A model generated the notes under the pieces. It ran no database searches. It was not told the origin of the DNA and saw only the letters and a program-made list of their open reading frames with translations. Positions 1 to 12,856 of a DNA stretch of 64,000 bases are shown here, piece by piece. Source of the DNA: Octopus sinensis. Its lineage: Eukaryota. The position numbers were made by a program, and so were the translations under genes. The number at the start of each line of letters is the position of its first letter. The first letter of the stretch is position 1. Location: the NCBI RefSeq assembly GCF_006345805.1, contig NC_043000.1:50530001-50594000 (forward strand). Reading direction: 5' to 3'.

Positions 1-184
1 ATCCAATACATGTGATACAACCTTCAGTTAAATTACATATATCTGCCACATATATAAGTGAGAATATTTCATTGAATTGCACTTATGTACATGCATTAAG
101 TGATAAGCAATACAAAAAACTTAGTTCAATTTCAAAAAATACAATTTTCACTATTCAATCATCACCACCACCTCCATCATCTCA

Positions 185-535
185 TTCCCCATCTCTCCCC
201 TCTGTCTGTCTCTCTCCCATCTCTCTCTCTCTCTCTCTCATCTCTCTGCCTTTAACCTCACCATCAGAACATCACCCCTCAGCTAAAATTATCACATTCC
301 CCCTACCACGCATCATGGACGCCTCTCGCTCTTTTTCTCTCTATTTTCTTTCTCCCTCTTTTGCTGCCTTCTTTTTGTTTCTCCTCTCTTTCACTTCAAC
401 TAATCTTGTGAAAGTGTTACAATTATACAATTACATTCCTTCTACCTCATGTCATGGATGCTTTTCGCTCTCACTTTTTTCTCCCTCCCTTCTTTCTCTC
501 TCTCCCTTTTTTCTTTCTCCCTCTTTTTCTCTAAC
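185..535. repeat. Pyrimidine-rich (CT/TC) low-complexity tract
   Basis: Runs of ctctctct and tttctctc; explains the S/L/P/F-rich 176-aa ORF at 12..542. Confidence 0.85.
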
Positions 536-1462
536 CACATGAAACCAATGGGCTAAGTAATGCAATGACAAGCAGAACTGTTATAAAATTCTCTACACTC
601 TACTGTTATCCCTTCTCAACTTAGGTTGTTTCTTGTTATTATTAATGGCTGATGATAATGAATATTCTCCATGAAATGCTCAGTCTTTGATTTCAATTTT
701 CAGCAAGATAAGTTCCTGTAGGAAATTAATTTGAATAAGCTACTTATGCAAAATGACACAAAATTTTAAAATAAAATTATATGATTATGAGCAAATGAAA
801 ATATTTATATACACTAAGAAAAGAAGATTAATAAATGTTTTCTTTAAAAAAAAATGTCATTACCTTTTCTGTTTATGTCTAAAAATAAATAATAATTTAT
901 TCTATAAATTTAATTTGTCATCTCAGAGATGCAGCACAGAATTTTGTCAGTGAACAGTTCGTGGTCTCAAAGTGACGAAGATATTTTGACAAATTAAATT
1001 TAAACGTTGAAGTGAATCTAACAGTTTTTGTGTGTTTCTTAAATGGCTTATAAACACCTTCCATGCTGCAATTGTTTTCATTCCAGCACACGATCTCAGA
1101 TCAGGTCACTTCCTATGCAAGTACATCTCTGTAATTTATTCTATCAAAATCTTTTATTTAGTCTATTCATTCCATTAGTTCATTTAAAGCATACAAACTT
1201 GTTTTTATATTTAAAGTTGGAGTGAGTGCAGTAATATATCTGTTTATATATTATTTATTTTTATTTGCTGGGTCTGAACAAAGGGGCATTGTCCACAGCC
1301 ATTTCAAGCTCTTCTAGACTACTTTCTCTTGAACTTTTGCTTGCGAACACCTGAAGAAAAGATACGAAAGGGAAGAAATTTCAGATGACTGATATCCTAG
1401 AACAGAAAAACTGATTGTGGGCCCGAGGGGATTGACGGCAACAAGGATAATGAGAGGCGGTG

Positions 1463-1596
1463 AGGTTGAGAAACACCTGTGAGTTGAGAATGTCTGAGTG
1501 AGAACGCCTGAGTGACAATGACAGTGAGAATGCCTGAGTGAGAATGCCTGGGTTGAGAGTGCCAAGTGGGTTGAGAATACCAGAGTGAAGATGACA
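1463..1596. repeat. Degenerate minisatellite, about 9 units of 12-18 nt (GAGTGAGAATGCCT-like)
   Basis: Units visible directly, e.g. gagtgagaacgcct 1496-1509 and gagtgagaatgcct 1536-1549. Confidence 0.8.
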
Positions 1597-2597
1597 TGAA
1601 CCCAATTAACTCTGAGAAGCAAAGGCCATTATAGTTGGTGTAGAAGAAGCAACACATATATAATTGGGGAGCTGGGGCATGTTCTGAGTGACTTTATGCC
1701 AGTCATTTGGCTGGTCTGCTTTTTAGGTGTGACCGAGAATGTCAGTCTGAGCAGCACCATTCCAGTTGTTGGTGCAACATTCCATGTGGGCTTCTCCTGA
1801 ACTCAAGTTTTTCAAAGTGTTAATAATTGTTGTGAGTTGAATTATCACTGGCCCTGAAGAAAAGTGCCTGTTGTTGGACTGCAAACCCAGCTATTTTAAG
1901 AATGATAATACACAATTACAAACTTTGTTTAATGCTAAACTCTTGCATTATTTATGCCTTTTCAAAATGATGTTTATTCAAGTTTCTAATATTTGGGTTT
2001 ATTAACACTTTGAGATTTCTTTAGACTATTTTTATACAACATTTTGTTTAACTTAGTTTTATTTTGTGTTTTTAGATATTTATAATTTATATTGCCTTTA
2101 AAAAGAATACACATCTTCTCAATTTTCATTATATGAAAGCTTAGTATAGCATAATCCCAGTTACAAAAAGCTGGAAATAGAGCAACTGTCCTTGTCATTA
2201 CTTGATTTTGCCATAAATCAAAATAATCCACATTTTCTCTTCGTTATTGAACTGTCCTAACACTAAAATATTATACTGATTACGAACAAAATCTATTTAG
2301 GTTCAGTAACAATATCATAGATTAAGACACAATCTGCTTATATTAACAGCAAAATCTGACAGTTTAAATCTTTGCAAAAGTAAATCATAAAATAATGTTT
2401 CCACATGTTTTTAGAAAATTTTAATACACTCATAAACGAAAAGAATTACTAGCAGAAAGCAAGTTGAATATATTTCTATTAATTACTGTTACTGTCATAA
2501 ATTATTATAAACTGATTTCATCTCTATAGATTTCCTTTCCCTTCTGGCCACTGAAAACTCACTACAATCGTCAAATCTAAAATCAAATCACAATCAG

Positions 2598-2964
2598 ATG
2601 GAAATTGTAGTTGTGTCTGATGTCAGTGCCGCCTGGCTGGCACTCATTCTAGTGGCATGCAATAAGCACTGTTCATGCATGGGTCATTGCCAGTGCCACC
2701 TGAGTGGCTCCCCGTGCAAGTGGCACAAAGCACCATCCAAACATGGTCGATGCCAGTACCACCTGACTGGCCCCCTTGCCAGTGGCACATAAAAAGCACC
2801 CACTACACTCTTGGAGTTGTTGGCACTAGGAAGGGCATTCAGCTGTAGAAACATTGCTAGATCAGATTGGAGCCTGGTGCGGCCTCCCAGCTTGCCAGTC
2901 CCCAGTCAAACCGTCCAACCCATGCCAGCATGGAAAATGGACGTTGAATGATAATGATGATGAT
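2598..2964 (+). mobile_element. SINE family E (RTE-like 3' tail ending in (GAT)n, internal tandem units)
   Basis: Three related gccagtgccacc..tggc..gtggcac units, then aggaagggcattcagctgtagaaac...ccgtccaacccatgccagcatggaaaatggacgtt and a (gat)n tail; an opposite-strand homolog lies at 4640-4960. Confidence 0.8.
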
Positions 2965-3114
2965 GTGTGTGTGTGTAACAATTACTGCATGAAAAGACAT
3001 TTGCCATTCAAAATTGGCATAAAAACAGTGAACTTCACTTAATCACTTATTATTCAGTGTTAAAATTTTCATTGCGCTTACTGCAACAGGGTGTCCCTGA
3101 CTTGGTTCCTTTGC

Positions 3115-3121
<7 letters not shown>

Positions 3122-3188
<67 letters not shown>
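3122..3188. repeat. (AT)n microsatellite
   Basis: Near-perfect AT run. Confidence 0.98.
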
Positions 3189-4236
3189 GGCAGTCTTGTA
3201 ATCTACTTTAGATGAATATTTTATTAGAGCGCTGTAATATTTGGTATTTGTCTTAAGAAGGTATCATACTAGATGAGAGTGGCCCAGCACTGGTGCTATA
3301 ACTGCTATATCAAGTGCTTTCAGGATATTTTGCAGCTCATCAGCAATAGCTATTCACTAACATTGCATGCTGACCATAATTCCCCTCCATCAATATATGG
3401 GGAAATAATGACTAATCGGTCACTTGTGTCACTGAAAGCTGGCAAATTCCTTTCAAATTCTTTAAACACCTTTTCTTCGCTTTGAAAATTAATTTGGAAT
3501 TTATTTTTTACTCCATGTCTATTTAAGCTTACTTCTGCTCCAATTATCACTAATATTTTGGTCTTGATTATCATTATCCATGAACGTTAACTTCTCACTT
3601 TCCTCCTTTGGAAATGTTTAAAGCTTTTTTTAATTTAACTTAATAGAATACTAACATAATCGTTAAATCCGTATAATATGTTTAGAGTGTTTGGTACTTG
3701 CACAATTTTGTCTAATTGTAAATTTTTCTGTAGAATAATAAAGCTCTATGATTATCCAAATTTACCAAGTGCATACTCTTAAAAAATTACATATGTACAT
3801 TTTTCAATAATTTTTACATAGCAAAACAAAAAATAAAAGCCAAAGAAAAAGAAAAAAAGGAAGAAAACATGAAAATAATTACTTTTCAAATTATGTGGAT
3901 TAACCTGTCTCATTACCTTTTCATGTATTTCCTTTTTTCACAGTCTCTAAAACTCAACTGCTTCTTGAGTTTGTCTGAACTAGTCTCATTAATATTGTAT
4001 AGTGATTATTTATTCATTTCCCCTGTCAATTTTTTCCTTCAACTACACTTACAAGCATCATAATGTACTACAATTCTGATGTATCTTAACCTTTATTTGA
4101 ATTTTGTAAAGACTAGTGTCATGCGTCCTTTTTTATTATTATTTTTTATTCCTTCCTGTTCTGCCATAATTCACAATTCTAATGTGGTTTTATTTTTCCC
4201 CCACACTTTTCCCCTTCAGCCTTTGTGTTTGTACAA

Positions 4237-4254
4237 ACACACACACTCTCTCTT

Positions 4255-4303
<49 letters not shown>

Positions 4304-4308
4304 ATATA
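4237..4308. repeat. Compound (CA)n(CT)n(AT)n microsatellite
   Basis: Directly visible. Confidence 0.95.
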
Positions 4309-4639
4309 GTTCTTAAGATGCATAAAAGTGGTGTGCAATTCATTCCCAGGGGTTTGCAACTAGCAAAAATATTTCTCATAGACATGCTCAAGGCAAATGA
4401 AGTCTGCATGAAATATATATAATGGAATTAACCTTCCCAGAAAACCTGATTAATACAAAATATATGTTGAAAATATAGAAATGTTAGGGTTGGATAAAAG
4501 TTGTTTTTAGAAACGAATTTTTTTTCTCTTTTTCTTTTTTTTTTATAATCAAGAATTTTTATCTTCATGACAAACTAGTGAAAAGCCTTACAAATTCAAA
4601 TGTCCCAGAAACACATCTGAATTGGTCATAAGCTTGCGT

Positions 4640-4960
4640 ATCATCATCATCATCATCGTATCAGTTAATGTCTGTTTTCCAATATTGGTATATGTTGGAT
4701 AATTTGGCAGGATTTGACAAATTGCAGGAGCTGTGCTAAGCTCTGGTGTCAGCCTTGGCATGTTTTTTTAGGGCTAGATGCTGTTCCTGACATGAGCCAC
4801 TTCACAGTGTATAGTGAATACTTTTTTCATGCCGGGCACCACTGGTGAGATCATCATATAAGCTGCAAGAGAGAAAAACAACAGAAAAGGGGAAAGCTAC
4901 TATGACTAAGAAGGGTGGGGGTATTAGGGAAGTGAGTGTGTGACTTTATGCTAGGTACTG
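4640..4960 (-). mobile_element. SINE family E, diverged
   Basis: (tca)n tail followed by gttaatgtctgttttcc...ggatgc/tagatgctgttcct...cttttttcatgcc, the reverse complement of the 2.8-2.96 kb tail. Confidence 0.7.
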
Positions 4961-7900
4961 ATGTGTCTGTGTATACATGCAATAAAAGTAGAATTAAGAT
5001 TACTATTTTACTTATAATCTCCTAATATAATAATGCTCGTAGTGTTCTCATATATTTGTCCAGAATCATACTGGACATGGAGCAGGAGAGAAAATAGTAA
5101 TTCAGTGAAGGAGAAGTAGTGAGAGTAATAGCCCTGACTGAGAGGGAGTGAGAGAAAGTAATAGCAATGAGAGAAAGGAAGGGGTGAAAAAATCAGCATT
5201 TCAATTCTGTGTGAATACATGTGTGTATGTGTGTGCATGTACAAGGGAAGTATGTGAATGTATGTGTGATTATTATGTACCTTATTTTGTACCTTATTTA
5301 CATATAAAATACTACAATTAGCTGTCATTATTGACAGCATGTGGTCAGCTAGTTTTAATAATGTAAAAATATTAGTTTTTCTGGTTAAAAATGTTTACCT
5401 TGAAATTCTGTTCTTATCTTCTCTGATTCTCAGCAGGTTGTATCCATTCATTCAGTGAATCAAAGTTGATGTCCTTAAATGCTTATTGGTTGGTGAACAC
5501 AATATTAATGTACTACAAATCCATGTGAGGAAACAACCATGCCACTGGTTTAGGCAATCCCTGTTGTGCCACAGATGGGAACTATTCTCTTTGTTATAAT
5601 CTTGTTTTGCTAGTGTGTATGTAATGCTGTTTAACTGGTATCATTACAAGCTGAAATTGTCTGAAAGAGCTTCAACTGTTATAAACTATCCATTATGCTA
5701 ACACTAGATGATCTATGTTTAATTTTAAGGAATCTATTTTACAATCCACAATTTTTCAACATGGCATTTATTAATTAATGAAGTTTTGATTCTGAGTGCT
5801 AGAATATATTTACAGTCTTTAAAACCTTCAGTTCTTTGCATTCATTTAGTACAAAGATGAAACCCTTTATATGTTTATCAGTGCTACATTTGTTTGTTTA
5901 TAGATGTTACAGTCTGGATGTAAATATACAAGAAATAATATTTGATGCATTTTGTTCAAGTTTAAATGATTTCATGGGTTTTTGAAAACATTAGGGAATC
6001 AAATTATGACGTATGTTATTTTTGCTGCGAATTTATCAAATGTATTAATATTTTTTTTTCTCAGTTATTAAATAATATCTGATATCCAAAGGAGACAAGC
6101 AAAAATGTTTAGCTACAAGCAATGTTCTTTCTTTTAAGACATGTTTCAAATTGCTTTCCTTCTACTTAGAGAAATTTTGCTAATACTTAAATTTGCAGAA
6201 CTTTTCAATAAATGTCCATATAAACAAGCAGGGCAAAATGAAATTGCTTCATACATAAAGATATTATATTAGGATTTGTGTTGGCTTTCATTATTTTCAT
6301 TCTTTGGTTTGATAATTAATTGGATAACTTATGCAATACTTTCCTGTCAAATTTAGCTATTATGCCTTAAAAGTAAATTTTACTGAACAATAGAAATGGT
6401 TATTAAAATAGACTTAACTTTAATTAAATTATTGATTCTGTTTTATTTCTTAATTATTCTTACAATTTTTGTGTGTATGCATATATAGATATTTTTCTTA
6501 GTTTGGGCAAAATAACTGAAGCACAAAATGCTGCTGGGCATTTTAAAAATTTACTTTAGGCATCATTGACATTTCTGATGTAGTAAGATATTTCATTTCA
6601 CTTCTTAGTTTCATTGTTTTGAATTTCCACTTCAAATGAATAATTTTTATTTTAAATAACTTTTAAACACATTTTGCCAAACAACAATATTGAATCCAAG
6701 CAAATGCACATTATTTTTCCATTTTTATTTTTTTGTTTTACAATTTAGTTTAAACATTTTCTTTAACAAATTTTCAAATGATATATTAAATCTATTTCAT
6801 TTTATGCAAAGAACAGTTTTTATTAATAACAAAGGAAAAATTTGATTTATTCATTAAAATGTCTGAATTAAACAAATGCAATTTCCAATCTTACCAAAAG
6901 TATTGGAAAATGTAGTTCATTACAATAGCAAAAGTTCATCTTCGACTAATCAAGAATTATTTCAGATAATGATTACTAAAAGTTTCATTCTAGTATTATT
7001 ATTTTAAGTATATTTTATAATAAAATAATGTTGTTTCTGTAAAGATATATCTAAACTCTCAATGTTATTTAACAGTTAGATAAAATTTGCTCTCCAAACG
7101 AAGACACTTAAAGTACAAACTAAATTCTTGGTTTAAACCAAATTTTATACAAGACTGTTAAACCAAAAGTGCTTTGTTAAAACATGTATAGAGTTCTGTG
7201 ATTTGTTTTTGTAATTTTCGAAGAAAATTTTATAAGCAACATTAATTCTACTGCTACTGCTATTGTCCATCAAAAACATATCCATAAATGTAATTTAGTG
7301 CAATCAGTAAAACTTTTAGTATGTGATCTGTATTATTAGTACATAGATATATTATTTGATTGTTTGGAAGAGAGCCAGGCAAATTTTTATTTCGTATTTG
7401 CTAGGATTGTAGAGAGTTATGCATTAAGCCTGTTTGATCTATGATACATATTTCTTATTTTGAAGTAATCTAGATAAAAACTTCCCTCAAAATTTCACGA
7501 TAACTTATATAGTAAAAACTAGCTTGATAAAGAGAAAGTAATTTTACAAAATTCTTCATTATTTTTAAAATAAATTAAAACAAAGTCTGTGTACATTATT
7601 TACATTATGTAAATAATGTACATAATTCCTCATCTCTCAAAAAAATACAGAAAGGCTGTGTATTTAACAAAAATGTTATAACGAAAATATTTCAAAGAAA
7701 ATGTAAAATAAGAAAGGGTAAAATAAACATTGAAGAAACTACAATGGTTAGGACTACAATGCTACTAAATCCTGAAAACAAGCGCTAATAAATTTCAGCA
7801 TGTGTTGCAGATACAATGTGTTAAAAATTAGAAAATAATGTGAGGGTATTAAAAAAGAATTCAAGGGTTGTTTATTTAGAATATTAGATATAAAAACATT

Positions 7901-8467
7901 GTTATAGTCTTCGTAATTATTGACAGATTTATAGGATTTGTAGCTAATTTTAGAATTATATGAGTTCTCTTGACAAGTTTCTAATACACAGAATATACCA
8001 AAACTGATACCTATTGAAAAGGAATGATATTCTTTGAAGAAATGAATATCTTAAATGAAAGTTGCATATGTAATCCATGCCTGTTGAATGTGAGACAATT
8101 TTTTTTCTTTTTTGTTTCAGTGAAATTTGTTAGCAGAAACTATAAGTCATTTGGTACATTTTCAAATATCTTTCTATCATTATTTAAGTATTAAAAATCT
8201 GGTTTTATGTGGAATTTATTGAGGTAGAAATAATGCCATACCTCTCCCAGCATAGCTGTCAACTATTCAATGAAATTTAAAAAACTAAAAGTGGTTAATG
8301 ATGTCTACACTTGATAAGTATTATTTTAAACATTTAAATAATATCCATATTAACAACTAAATACATACCCCTGGGCACATATTAATTGGTTTGGTAGCTA
8401 GATAAATTTATACAAAAATAAAGTGATGTATATTATGTTTATATGCATCAATATTATTTTTATGGTT

Positions 8468-8682
8468 AAGGCAGTGAGCTGGTAGAACTGTTAGCATGCC
8501 GGGAAAAATGCTTTGCAGTATTTTTCTATCCTTGCATTCTAAGTTCAAATACCGTTGAGGTCAACTTTGCCTTTCATCCTTTCAAGGTTGATAAAATAAG
8601 TATCAATTGAGCACTGGAGTTGATGTAATACACTTACTCCCTCTCACAAAGTTGCTGGCCTTGTGCCAAAATTTGAAAGCAA
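8468..8682 (+). mobile_element. SINE family B (tRNA-like head, central GCCTTTCATCCTTT..GATAAAATAAGTA domain)
   Basis: aaggcagtgagctggtagaa head, gttcaaat B-box-like motif, gtcaactttgcctttcatcctttcaaggttgataaaataagtatc core; homologous to 20102-20315 and 33679-33911. Confidence 0.85.
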
Positions 8683-9269
8683 TACTACCATTAGTATTTA
8701 CAGCATACCCAGAGAACAGCAGTAAAAGTCTCAGTTTTGATACAGAAGTATTAAATCAGGAGAATGAGGAGAAAAGCTAAAGAACAGCCTTTTCTCATCA
8801 TTGCTTTACATTATAAAATAGATGAAACTTTTTATTTTGTGAAAATATTTACAAAGCTAAAGAAAATGAATATTCCACTTGACAATAACTCACTTCATAT
8901 TAAAAGTAAATGAACTTTTGATGAGCCAATATATAAGAAGTAATCAATTGGTTTGAAAATAATATTGTATACAAATATTTTAAAGACTGTAGAAATGATC
9001 AATGAAATATCCAAACATAATTTTAAAGTATGTAGGATTATGCCAGCAATTAACTCTTTTGAGACAGAATTTCTGTCATGATACCTTATGCAATCAAGAA
9101 TCTTCTGATTATACTGTAGAATAGAAAGAAAGATAATGCCTTCTCCCAGAAATTCATGAAAAGAGAATACATAGAAATTATGAAAGCAGGTAAATTTTTC
9201 AAAATATTGTAGTAAGATAATTCATTATGAGACAAGTTAAAAATACTCTCTATCTCCATCTATAATAAC

Positions 9270-9760
9270 AATGGAGAATCTTCAGTTACAAAATAGCATT
9301 CGTAAAAACAATTTTGTTAAGGGTTACTTCAAAATCAAAATTAGTCAAGATAGATGTAGATGACATGAAAAGAAAAAAAAAATCATTGGTACAAATTACT
9401 AATAGATGTGAATTGTGCAAAAAATGGGGTTGGGGAAATGGTGCTTTTGAGTTCTTTGATAAATCATTGAGCAAGTAAATCCTGTTTGTTAAGCTGGCAG
9501 ACAAAAGTGAAGACAAACTTATTGAAAGATTTTTTGAAATCAGAAATGAGGGGGAGAAAATATTTTATTTCAAAGTGAACTCCTTATGAAATTGAAGCAT
9601 GGGTGAAACTCTGTAAATTGAAAACAAGCTAATACTTTCAATTTTCAACATTATCATTATCATTTAATATAAGGACCATAACAGATTTATATTTTGCAGT
9701 CAGTTGTCAAGATAATGAATATAGACAGAGAAGAATGTGCTCTACTTAGGTGTTGTAATA
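9270..9760 (+). pseudogene. Possible hAT (Charlie/Buster-like) transposase C-terminal fossil
   Basis: About 105 codons with one stop (YKIAFVKTILL...DKSEDKLIERFFEIRNE), then F..SVVKIM..R in another frame; loose resemblance to hAT C-terminal motifs only. Confidence 0.3.
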
Positions 9761-10034
9761 TATAAAATCAATCCTCAGGGAGTGTAATGAAGATTTTTAA
9801 GATACATTGATTGTTGATAGCAAATTAAATCTTTAGATGTATAAAAAGCAAATGAGCAAGTTGTATACAGACAATGTTTTTCAGTTTAAATGGGAATCAA
9901 ATGGTTCTGGTGAAGATGTAATTGTTTGAAAATCTTTAGTGAAAATAACAAACTGTACAAAAATTAATATAGTTGATGGTGTGGTGAGTGTCATTCACTG
10001 AAACAGCTGTAGAAACATTGTATGGAATCATTAA

Positions 10035-10258
10035 CCCTTTTGGTACCATATTTCTGTTAAAATGCACTGCCTCTGTTTCAGCTAATTTAGAAAATAAAGA
10101 AAAATTTTAGTAAATTAGCTTTGTTGTTATCAAGCTACCTTTTGGAGCATAAGTTAATGTGGAATTTTGATCGAAGTTTTTAATTTAGATCACTTTAAAA
10201 CAGGAAGTTTGTATCACAGAATCAGGGTCAGTCTCAGGTGGATTGGGATCAAAAATGT
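10035..10258. mobile_element. piggyBac-type MITE
   Basis: Left TTAA (10031-34) followed by CCCTTTTGGTACC; right end gggatcaaaaatgt followed by TTAG, a decayed inverse of the left end. Confidence 0.65.
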
Positions 10259-10339
10259 TTAGAGGAAACTTCTTGAAACACAAGCAAGTGATATGTTATA
10301 CATGACAAGACACAATGGTAGCAGAGTTGGGATGACCTG

Positions 10340-10510
10340 AATAATAATAATGATAATAATATCGAAAAATACCTTCAGAACGAGAACCCAGGTTCAAAAT
10401 TTCCCCAAGACACTTGATGAAGGCTGGAAGGTATATCAGCTGAAATGTTGTGTTAAGAACAAACAAGATGTGGACAAATATCCATCAAATGTAAATAATG
10501 TAAATAATAA
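10340..10510 (+). mobile_element. Penelope-like terminal repeat (pLTR) remnant
   Basis: Flanked by (aat)n and carries the TGATGAAGG..GAAANGTT signature typical of Penelope pLTR hammerheads. Confidence 0.6.
10409..10454 (+). ncRNA. Minimal type I hammerhead ribozyme motif, decayed (C3 to U)
   Basis: GACAC-TTGATGA-A-GGCTG(gaaggtatat)CAGCT-GAAA-TG-TT-GTGTT; helix I GACAC/GTGTT and helix II GGCTG/CAGCT both pair. Confidence 0.65.
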
Positions 10511-12499
10511 TGATTTAGCACTTGTATATCAGAGATGTTCATCTTATCTATCTCTGGGAGTAAAATGTGACATTGATTCTGTAATGGATTGAAGCTATAT
10601 ATATTATCTAAAATAAAATTAAAAACATCTTGCCTGGTTCACAACCTACCACACTGACATTATTGGCTGTCACAAAAGAGAGAATAGTGACAACATAAAT
10701 ATTAATAATGATCACCATCTTCTGTTCATAATTTTTGTATTTAAATTTAGAATTTTGGAAGCAGTGCAAATTAGCAGTTCTAGAAAATGATGCAAGATTA
10801 AAGATCAATACCATTTAACTATAAATGAAATCTTGCTTTAAATGTGACAGGGCAATTAGGTAATGCTGGTTGTCATGTATATTAACTATTATCATTAAAA
10901 GCATGTTTAATATAACCTTTAGAATGATTACATAAAATTAACTTGTCAATCAAAAATAGGATAAAAAGTATTTGTCATAAATTTATGAAGGATATCAATA
11001 AAAAAATTAATTAAAATTTGTATGTATATTTAATGTATTAGAATAATATACTTCTAATGAGATAAAACTTTATTGATTCCACGAGAGAAATATGAAGCAT
11101 AAATTAAATATTTTGAAGCTGATAAAAAAATGTTTGAAAACTCAGAGGTTAAAAGCAAAATCAAAATTCAACTGTTAAAATTTTCTATCAATTTAGAATA
11201 TAAAGGTATTTGATATTTTATGCTGAAGCAGTTTTATAATGTTAGAAACACTTGTTGGAAAAATTAGTAATTCATTATTTATTAACTTTAGCAAAAAATC
11301 TTTATTGTTTCACAGTTGTATTTTGAAGCTAGTTGTAAGGTAATGTCTAGCTTGAAGTTTTATGATTTTCTGATTATTCGTGACACTGCACCAAAATGAA
11401 GTGATAGTGATGATCTTGCAGTAAGATTACAAAACAGAAGTGGCAGTAATATAAATGATAATAGGTCCTATGCCATAGCTTGGGTCAAGATGGTTCAACT
11501 TTTACATACAGGAAAGCTAGAGTTCAAAGAGTTAATATTATATTCTCTGGTAATTAAGTTTGGGAATAAATGTTTTATGAAACAAAATTTTCTCAGTATC
11601 TGAAATTTACTGATAGTTTGATTGTTTCTTTAAAGCATATCAATGAAGCTGTCTAATATCTCTCATAATAATAGAATCATTGAAAGATAATTAACCATAA
11701 TGATGGCAAAAAAAAAGATTAAACGGTCATTTACATAATTTTCTTTCTTCTGTATGTTTCTGACAGCATTGCTTTATCTATATCTTGGTCACAACCCAAT
11801 ATACTAAATTATGGTCCAAAGCAGATAAAGTGTGAACATAGAAATGGTGCTATTTATTGTGTTCCAAAATGACAGAAATGCATTAATGAACCAATGTTCT
11901 ATGAAATAAAAATTGGATATTTTAAAAAAGGAACTTTTGTTTCTTTCACAACAATCTTGATCTTAGGTTTAGATTGAACTTCTTTTTCCTGGTTAAAGTA
12001 TTTCATTTCGGCATCTATCCAATGTCCATTAATTATTAAGTTGCAAATGACAGTTAGTCATTTGTCTTTGTAGATCATGAAAATATATTAATATATATGA
12101 AAATAAGTTACTTTGGTAAGTTCTTTAGTTCAACATAGATTAACTAACTGGTGTATATTTTGAAAAGTTTTTATCTGAAAATGCGTTTTCAAAGGAATAT
12201 TGTTCTGAAAACGGCATCTTTGCCAAAAATTCAACACATACTTATTGATGTTTACTTCTGTCATTATTCTTGTATGAGTATCAGTTTTTGAGTAGGGGTC
12301 ACTTAAATGAATCACTGAAGTTTCAAGCAGGAGTCTGTTACTGAGTCACAGGAATGAAATACTTTGAGACTCAAATCAAAAGAACAAAGAAGGTAATAAT
12401 ACCAGCTAGTGCATGCATTTAATGTTAGACCTACAACTATATGCTTTCCAATTGTGGCCATCACATCTTTTTGTATATTCAGGATTGTATTATCTAATG

Positions 12500-12856
12500 C
12501 AAGGGTTCGCAATCATTTTTTACCAATGGACTCCTTTGATTGGTATTTTATTCTGATGGACCCCCATAGCTAATGCATGGTTAAAGATAAGAAACTAGTT
12601 TTATGAATACTGCATTCAAAATTCCTAATTTGTTTTGCACACATTAACTTGTGTAGGCTGAACTATGTGAAATGTTAGAGAAAGGAACCTATCTATTTCT
12701 TGCAATACATATCTATACATACATCTAAAACAAAATTTTATCTGGGGTCTTAAAAATACTATTGTTGATCCATGATATATTATTTTGTTGCATGGTTCCC
12801 CCCAAAATCTTATATGAACTCTCAGGGGCCATATGGACTCTGGTTGAGGATCACTG
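12500..12856. mobile_element. hAT-Charlie-type MITE
   Basis: TIRs CAAGGGTTCGCAATC and GGTTGAGGATCACTG; 8-bp flanks ATCTAATG (12492-99) and GTCTGATG (12857-64) match 6/8 and resemble the NTCTAGAN target consensus. Confidence 0.75.

Noticed and set aside
12-542. 176-aa ORF
   Set aside because: Produced by CT-rich low complexity; no domain signal.
648-690. CTGATGA...GAAA hammerhead-like spacing
   Set aside because: Helix I does not pair and helix II is only 3 bp; at best a heavily decayed relic.
941-995. Inverted arms TTTTGTCA/TGACAAA with an inner GAAG, resembling a hammerhead scaffold
   Set aside because: No CUGANGA core and the inner stem pairs poorly; probably part of a dispersed repeat.
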